A stretch of 36,846 nt of DNA from Candidatus Woesearchaeota archaeon. Lineage in GTDB: Archaea; Nanobdellota; Nanobdellia; Pacearchaeales; UBA284. This document shows positions 16,894 through 21,724 of this stretch, piece by piece. Made by a program: the position numbers and the translations under genes. The notes beneath the pieces were generated by a model, which worked only from the letters and a program-made list of their open reading frames with translations, made no database searches and had not been told where the DNA came from. The DNA lies in assembly GCA_964481435.1 (NCBI GenBank), contig CAYZTH010000002.1, positions 1 to 36,846 on the forward strand. Reading direction: 5' to 3'. Each line of letters opens with the position of its first letter. Positions within the stretch are counted from its first letter, which is position 1.

Positions 16894-16925
16894 CAGCCAC
16901 AACGTTGTGCCTTTAGGCATGGCTG
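16894..16925 (+). repeat. bulged intergenic hairpin element, copy 5
   Basis: CAGCCA-CAACGTTG-TGCC-TTTA-GGCA-TGGCTG. It shares the CAACGTT(G) bulge with copy 2 and the TGC(C)/(G)GCA inner stem with copies 1, 3 and 4. Confidence 0.5.
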
Positions 16926-16973
16926 AACTAATTATCTTTTAATTTAGATATAAAGATGATTTGGGTGTTCTTC

Positions 16974-17579
16974 TTAACAATTGCTACAGGTTGCTGTGCA
17001 CTCTTCAGTTCTCATGTGCTGGCAGTCATAGTTCAAGATGACTTGAAAGCCGTCTGTACTTCCTGCTTTTACAATCCCCAAGTCTGTTTGGGATGAAACT
17101 TCCTCGGCTATACAAGTAACTCTAACATCATAGGCATCTACTGAACCTGTATTTGTAACTCCACCATCAACTCTACCAAAACAGCCCGTAGTACCCCCTA
17201 TTTGATTGACCATTTGATGAAATGTTCTTAGAGATGCTCTTTCGGGAGTATTTGTCTGAGTTTTCTGTGTTGGTGTCTGAGCAGATGATTGAGGATTAGT
17301 TGCCTGTGTGATTTGAGTCTGAACTCTTGAAAGAACAGTGCTTGTTTCAGTAGTATTTTCCCTAGAAAATAGGATATAAGACAGAAGGACAGCTATGGCT
17401 ACGATAGCTAATATAATCACTAATCTTGGTGTGGTTGGGAGCCTTATGCCGTGTCTTCGCATTTCTTTATTGACTGTATGCTTTACTATGTCCAGGTTTT
17501 TGACCTTTTCATAGCTCTTTCCACACTTGTGGCACTTATCCCCTATAAGCCTTGAGCCACATCTTTGGCAATATTGCAT
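16974..17579 (-). CDS. zinc-ribbon membrane protein with small Cys-containing ectodomain
   Basis: N-terminal CQRCGSRLIGDKCHKCG (C4 ribbon), TM helix LVIILAIVAIAVLLSYILF, a T/Q-rich linker, and a C-terminal domain ending ...CTATCSNC. Confidence 0.65.
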   Translation of the reverse strand: MQYCQRCGSRLIGDKCHKCGKSYEKVKNLDIVKHTVNKEMRRHGIRLPTTPRLVIILAIVAIAVLLSYILFSRENTTETSTVLSRVQTQITQATNPQSSAQTPTQKTQTNTPERASLRTFHQMVNQIGGTTGCFGRVDGGVTNTGSVDAYDVRVTCIAEEVSSQTDLGIVKAGSTDGFQVILNYDCQHMRTEECTATCSNC

Positions 17580-17786
17580 TCTTTTTGGAGTTAGTTTGAA
17601 CTTAAAAACCTAACTATAAGGGGTATAACCAGTAGATAGGGCCCATATGTATATTATAAGATTGTGGCTAGTCAATTATTTTGACCTCATTTTTAAGAAG
17701 AGTTTTGAAAGAATTCACTCTCTTAATACCTAATAAACATCATTATAGACTGATTCAATTCCAGATTCTAGAAGTCACTAGTATGC

Positions 17787-18059
17787 TTATTCAAGACTCA
17801 TGGTCATGAGTATATCGTTTGATTCATCCATAACCTTCTGCATTATCTTCTTATCAGGCATATCCATGAACTCTTCTTTATACTTCAATGCCTTACTTGC
17901 TGCGGCCATAGCACCTATCTTCTCCTGGGCCTTAACTTTCATCTCATTCATTACATATTGCAGAATCTCTTCTTGATCTGCTCTTGGGTTTATTTTCTTG
18001 TAGTTAAGTGCTTTTGATGCAGCAGACATCATAGCTATCTTTATTTTTTCGTCAGACAT
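17787..18059 (-). CDS. small protein with internal duplication
   Basis: Start taken at the internal ATG (MSDEKIKI), preceded by GGGAGAG and a TATA-like ATTTAAAGG. Two about 34-aa repeats (IAMMSAASKALNYK...VMNE and IGAMAAASKALKYK...VMDE). Confidence 0.55.
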   Translation of the reverse strand: MSDEKIKIAMMSAASKALNYKKINPRADQEEILQYVMNEMKVKAQEKIGAMAAASKALKYKEEFMDMPDKKIMQKVMDESNDILMTMSLE

Positions 18060-18166
18060 TTTCTCTCCCTTTTTTAAGTATACCTTTAAATGTTTTAACA
18101 CCTTTAAAAACATTATGGAACTCGAGTAGAGGTATTATTTTCCTTTGATTTGTAAGAGAACTGATA

Positions 18167-18196
18167 ATTTTTATACACACGAATGTGTATAAAAAT
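18167..18196. promoter_or_regulatory. perfect 13-bp inverted repeat (candidate operator) between divergent promoters
   Basis: ATTTTTATACACA-CGAA-TGTGTATAAAAAT. It ends 7 nt upstream of the TATA-like box (18203-18210) of the doc operon. Confidence 0.5.
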
Positions 18197-18231
18197 AGAA
18201 GGATTTAAATACTTGAAAACTGTAACTTTCT

Positions 18232-18567
18232 ATGTTACTAAGTAAAAAATCAATAATAGGTATAAATGAAGAATTTGACAAAGGTCATGTCGTAAATGAG
18301 AATAGTCTAGAGTATGCTCTTGAACTAGCCAGAAAATCAGAAAACTGGCTAAAGTCCCTAGCTGTCTTAGTAAGGGCCATACTTATTGACCATATTTTTG
18401 AAGATGGAAACAAAAGAACTGCTGCTGCAGTTATTGTGTCCTGGCTAGAGATGGAAAACCTGCATGGAGATATGGACCAGATAAATCGATTGATTGTCAA
18501 GATACTCAAAAAGAATATAACCAGCTTAAATGAGATAATGGAGCTAATAAAAAATGCAACAGAATAA
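18232..18567 (+). CDS. doc: Doc-type toxin (Fic/Doc family)
   Basis: HIFEDGNKRTAAA matches the Doc signature HxFx(D/N)(A/G)NKR. 111 aa. TATA-like ATTTAAAT at 18203-18210. Confidence 0.85.
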   Translation: MLLSKKSIIGINEEFDKGHVVNENSLEYALELARKSENWLKSLAVLVRAILIDHIFEDGNKRTAAAVIVSWLEMENLHGDMDQINRLIVKILKKNITSLNEIMELIKNATE

Positions 18568-18829
18568 AAAACAAGATTTTGGAAAAGATGATAAAAAGTT
18601 TTTGGAAACTGCGAAAAGAATCATCAAACAAAATCCAGAGATGTTTGAAGCTTTGATGGAGTTTGAAAGAACAAAGAAACTTCCTAAACTGACAAGAAAA
18701 GAAAGAATAAATGTTACTATAGACTCTAGACTTCTAAGAAAATTCAAGGATTACTGCAAGAAAAACAATAAAGTCATGTCAAAGTTATTTGAAAGTTATA
18801 TAAAAAAGGAACTGGGGATGAAGAACTAG
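18554..18829 (+). CDS. ribbon-helix-helix (CopG-like) protein, putative Doc antitoxin
   Basis: The C-terminal INVTIDSRLLRKFKDYCKKNNKVMSKLFESYIKKEL has an RHH strand-helix-helix pattern. It overlaps the doc 3' end by 14 nt. Confidence 0.6.
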   Translation: MQQNKKQDFGKDDKKFLETAKRIIKQNPEMFEALMEFERTKKLPKLTRKERINVTIDSRLLRKFKDYCKKNNKVMSKLFESYIKKELGMKN

Positions 18830-18841
18830 TTCTTCGTCTAT

Positions 18842-19258
18842 TTATTTCATATATCCTTTTCGAGTTCCATAAATAACTGTTGGGCCTACCACGAGTCCTA
18901 TGAGATTCGCAAAAATCAAAGATTCCAAGGGCTTGGGAGTTCCACCGAATTTATGCACTGAATAAAGGATTGTGTTGGCTACTGCCCAAGGAACTGCTGT
19001 AGCCAGAGTCCATGCTAGTACAGGATTTTTTATTTTTGAAAGATTTTGAGTGAGTTTTGAAATTGCGCTACTCATTAATAAATTATAAACCAAATTTCTT
19101 GAAGCTGCCTGGATTGCTTGATCAAAGCCAGCGCTATAATTGACCATAAATACATATGCTGAATTTACTGATGAAGTGACCAAGCCTATCCTTGGATTCA
19201 CCACAGAATAAACTGCTGTTTGAATTTTGTCGAGGAGAGATTCTTTCATCTTAATCAT
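18842..19258 (-). CDS. hypothetical membrane protein
   Basis: 138-aa ORF with hydrophobic segments. C-terminal LIGLVVGPTVIYGTRKGY. Confidence 0.45.
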   Translation of the reverse strand: MIKMKESLLDKIQTAVYSVVNPRIGLVTSSVNSAYVFMVNYSAGFDQAIQAASRNLVYNLLMSSAISKLTQNLSKIKNPVLAWTLATAVPWAVANTILYSVHKFGGTPKPLESLIFANLIGLVVGPTVIYGTRKGYMK

Positions 19259-19457
19259 CCTTGGCTATCAAAACCTTACCCTCTTCAAAGACTAAACCAG
19301 CATCATTTTCGAAAGAACCATAAAAATAATCTTTTCCTCTGTGCATAAGCCACTTAGGGTATTTATCATTTTGAACAACTGAAAGAACTTCGGCAATAAA
19401 CATTGTATGAGTTCCGACGCTCAGAGTTTGAATTGTCTTGCACTCCAGGCTTACTGG
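19251..19457 (-). pseudogene. possible remnant of a flavin reductase-like (FMN-binding split-barrel) gene, C-terminal about 65 aa only
   Basis: The open frame reads APVSLECKTIQTLSVGTHTMFIAEVLSVVQNDKYPKWLMHRGKDYFYG... It resembles the C-terminal (G)DH-x-hh-GEV...PLhY.RG.Y signature of flavin reductase domains. The only ATG is at 19403 (50 aa), and the N-terminal about 100 aa of the domain are absent. Confidence 0.35.
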
Positions 19458-19511
19458 GGCTTATTCTTTAATCGACCATATAACCTATCCCAGATACCTC
19501 TCGCTGATTTT

Positions 19512-19703
19512 CTAATGTCCATCTTTACCTCCCTCAATCTTTATTTCATTTACAGTTTCATCTTGTTCGAGAATATTGATTGTGATTTCGGCAATCGTGC
19601 CGGGCTTAAGATGAGATTCGAGAATTCGAGGAATAACTATGATAGACTGAGAACCATGTTTTGCTATCTTTTTTGTGATTGTGAACTTCTTGTTTTTATT
19701 CAT
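19512..19703 (-). CDS. AbrB/SpoVT-like (swapped-hairpin) DNA-binding protein
   Basis: 63 aa. KIAKHGSQSIIVIPRILESHLKPGTIAEITI resembles the AbrB/MazE/VapB-type looped-hinge motif. Confidence 0.55.
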   Translation of the reverse strand: MNKNKKFTITKKIAKHGSQSIIVIPRILESHLKPGTIAEITINILEQDETVNEIKIEGGKDGH

Positions 19704-19903
19704 TCAAGTCTCCAATCACCTCTTGACTCGCTCTGTCTTGCTTCTATCCCGCCTAAATAGGCAAAAAGTATATACATAAAATATGTATAAATTAGAATAT
19801 ACTGTTTTATAAAGCTTTCGCTTTGTAATCATTATTAAGTAACACAAAATAGGCTAAAGAAAGAAAAACTGGTTATTTGACAAAATTTCGTGCTTGCTAA
19901 AGT

Positions 19904-20173
19904 TTATTTCCTATATGCATTGTCATGATGATCGAAATTATCAAAGAGAAGCTCGTCTTTCCTTTTGTCAAATTGAAAAATCAGGACAAAAGAACCGATA
20001 TGGACTCTTTTTGAGTCTTTCATATCATGGCTTAAATTTTTATAATGATCAACATCTTGAGAATTCGCAATTTCTTCAATCTTCTTCAAAAGTTGATCAT
20101 AGAGGGCTTTATCTTTTTTTGACATTTTTGTAAGAATTTCATGTAATTTTTCACTTATCTTAATCGTGTACAT
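19904..20173 (-). CDS. RelE/ParE-superfamily toxin
   Basis: The internal ATG (MYTIKISEKL...) is preceded by GAGGGAAAG. 89 aa. ...KRVHIGSFVLIFQFDKRKDELLFDNFDHHDNAY matches the RelE core and C-terminal catalytic region pattern. Confidence 0.7.
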   Translation of the reverse strand: MYTIKISEKLHEILTKMSKKDKALYDQLLKKIEEIANSQDVDHYKNLSHDMKDSKRVHIGSFVLIFQFDKRKDELLFDNFDHHDNAYRK

Positions 20174-20199
20174 CTTTCCCTCTTTTCGATACTTCTTTT

Positions 20200-20442
20200 T
20201 TAACTTGTTGATTTTCTTAATTCTTCGACACAACTAAATTTGGCATATTTTCCTTTTCTTATTGTTTTCAATTCTTCAAGAAACTCCGGCTTTAGTTGAG
20301 ACTCAAGAAAATTTTCTTCATATACTTGAGTCATTAAAGCAACTGCTTCACTTTTGTTTTTCAGACCAAACTTTGCCTTAACTATGTTCAGAATCCTGTC
20401 TTCTCTCTCTCCGATGTTTATTATGTTTTGAACCATTTTCAA
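20200..20442 (-). CDS. putative antitoxin (RHH/DUF2683-like) of the RelE-type toxin
   Basis: 80-aa ORF immediately upstream of the toxin (26-nt gap). INIGEREDRILNIVKAKFGLKNKSEAVALM has an RHH-like pattern. Confidence 0.55.
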   Translation of the reverse strand: MKMVQNIINIGEREDRILNIVKAKFGLKNKSEAVALMTQVYEENFLESQLKPEFLEELKTIRKGKYAKFSCVEELRKSTS

Positions 20443-20511
20443 ATTATCTGATTTATAACTTTTAATTATAATATATAATGAAACATTATATTTAAAGGTT
20501 TCGGTTATAAT

Positions 20512-21216
20512 CTATTTAGCCTGTTTCCATAAAACTTCAAAATGATTTTGATATGATTCTGCTATCTTTTTGTTCTTTATCAGAATGAATATTGGTTTTG
20601 GTTCTATCATATGTATTGAAACATAATCGCCGAAAATACAGGTTGTAGCTTCACTCTTGATATCTAAGAACTTGTACTGGAAACCTTTTAACTTGAATGG
20701 CTCTTGACTTTTAAGATCTTTATTTCCGATTATCTTTATCTTAATTCCTTTTCTTGTTGCTTCTTTTGCCATTGCGGGCATCTCATATAAACTAAAGAAC
20801 ATCAACCCGGTTGAACCAAAAGCACAAAACTCTTTTTCTTTTAGTGCTAAATTGACAAAAGTCTTTATTCCCTCTTTTCCTTCGTATATCTTAACCTCAA
20901 TATCTTGCTTTTCTTCTGTTTTTATCTTTTTTAATTCTTGAATCAAATCTGAAACAACAATCTCTTTTGATTTTAATGGATTAAGTAAATTTTCTGGGCT
21001 TGAACATGAGAAGAACTTCTTTTTTTTCTTTACAATGTAGGAGATTTGGCCTTTCTCTATAAGATGATTTAGAAGGGTGTAAGATAGGGTTCTGTCTATA
21101 CCTAAATTTTTAGCTAACTGATTAGCTGAAAGTTCTCCTTTCTTCACAAGTTCAAGATAAACTTTAGCTTCATTTCCAGTTAGGCCTGCTTCTTGAAGTT
21201 TCTCGATTGTTTCCAT
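20512..21216 (-). CDS. TrmB-family transcriptional regulator
   Basis: N-terminal winged HTH LTGNEAKVYLELVKKGELSANQLAKNLGIDRTLSYTLLNHLIEKG, plus a C-terminal effector-like domain. Confidence 0.85.
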   Translation of the reverse strand: METIEKLQEAGLTGNEAKVYLELVKKGELSANQLAKNLGIDRTLSYTLLNHLIEKGQISYIVKKKKKFFSCSSPENLLNPLKSKEIVVSDLIQELKKIKTEEKQDIEVKIYEGKEGIKTFVNLALKEKEFCAFGSTGLMFFSLYEMPAMAKEATRKGIKIKIIGNKDLKSQEPFKLKGFQYKFLDIKSEATTCIFGDYVSIHMIEPKPIFILIKNKKIAESYQNHFEVLWKQAK

Positions 21217-21245
21217 GGATTATAACGCCGGCCATACTTAAAAAT

Positions 21246-21266
21246 GTTGTTATTTTTAATAACAAC
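21246..21266. promoter_or_regulatory. perfect 9-bp inverted repeat (candidate TrmB operator)
   Basis: GTTGTTATT-TTT-AATAACAAC, 30-50 nt upstream of the trmB-like start and directly upstream of its TATA-like TTTTTAAGTA (minus strand). Confidence 0.4.
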
Positions 21267-21307
21267 TTACATATTTAATCTAAGATTCGATTTTTATATC
21301 AATTAAA

Positions 21308-21724
21308 ATGAAATCGTCAATATCGGAAAAAGTAAAAGATAGAATTTATGATGTTCGAGAATATATTGAAGAAAAAGCAATATATCCTGCACTTCTTTTA
21401 GTCTCCCCCCTGGTGGTAATGCTAGCAGCCACCACGGAGTCTAAAAGAATAAAATACAGTCTAAGAGAAGCGCTGAATCTTTATGCGGGTATTGCATTAC
21501 CCCTTTTGATTGCAGGTTCTTTTATCTATTATAAATTAAATCAAGCAATTAAAACAGATAATCCCTGGATACGAGCAGGGATGGTTGGATTTTCTTTGGG
21601 GGTTAGTGGTCCCGTAACAATTCCCGGATATGCTCTTGGATCTTATACTGCAAGAAAGTTGAACCGGCAAAGATTAGAAAGAGCAAATAAACTAGAACAA
21701 ATAACTTCTAATTATTCAACATAA
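21308..21724 (+). CDS. hypothetical membrane protein
   Basis: 138-aa ORF with 3-4 hydrophobic segments. GVSGPVTIPGYALGSY near the C-terminus. Confidence 0.45.
   Translation: MKSSISEKVKDRIYDVREYIEEKAIYPALLLVSPLVVMLAATTESKRIKYSLREALNLYAGIALPLLIAGSFIYYKLNQAIKTDNPWIRAGMVGFSLGVSGPVTIPGYALGSYTARKLNRQRLERANKLEQITSNYST

Noticed and set aside
16581-16916. + strand 111-aa ORF overlapping the 85-aa minus-strand ORF
   Set aside because: It has a GTG/TTG-type start, an F/S-rich low-complexity product and no promoter-like box. It would also run through hairpin copies 4 and 5. The minus-strand ORF has clean two-TM topology and a TATA-like box, although neither is certain.
17580-17786. 207-nt intergenic region, along with the other intergenic gaps over 100 nt, screened for tRNA or other small RNA genes
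   Set aside because: There is no GC-rich 70-90-nt segment with cloverleaf potential, only short A/T-rich hairpins (AGTTAG...CTAACT) and a 28-codon ORF without support.
19407-19760. + strand 117-aa ORF
   Set aside because: It is antisense to the AbrB-like ORF and to the flavin-reductase-like remnant. Its product has no motif and shows odd composition.
19894-20133. + strand 79-aa ORF
   Set aside because: It is antisense to the RelE-type toxin gene, which has a clear family signature.
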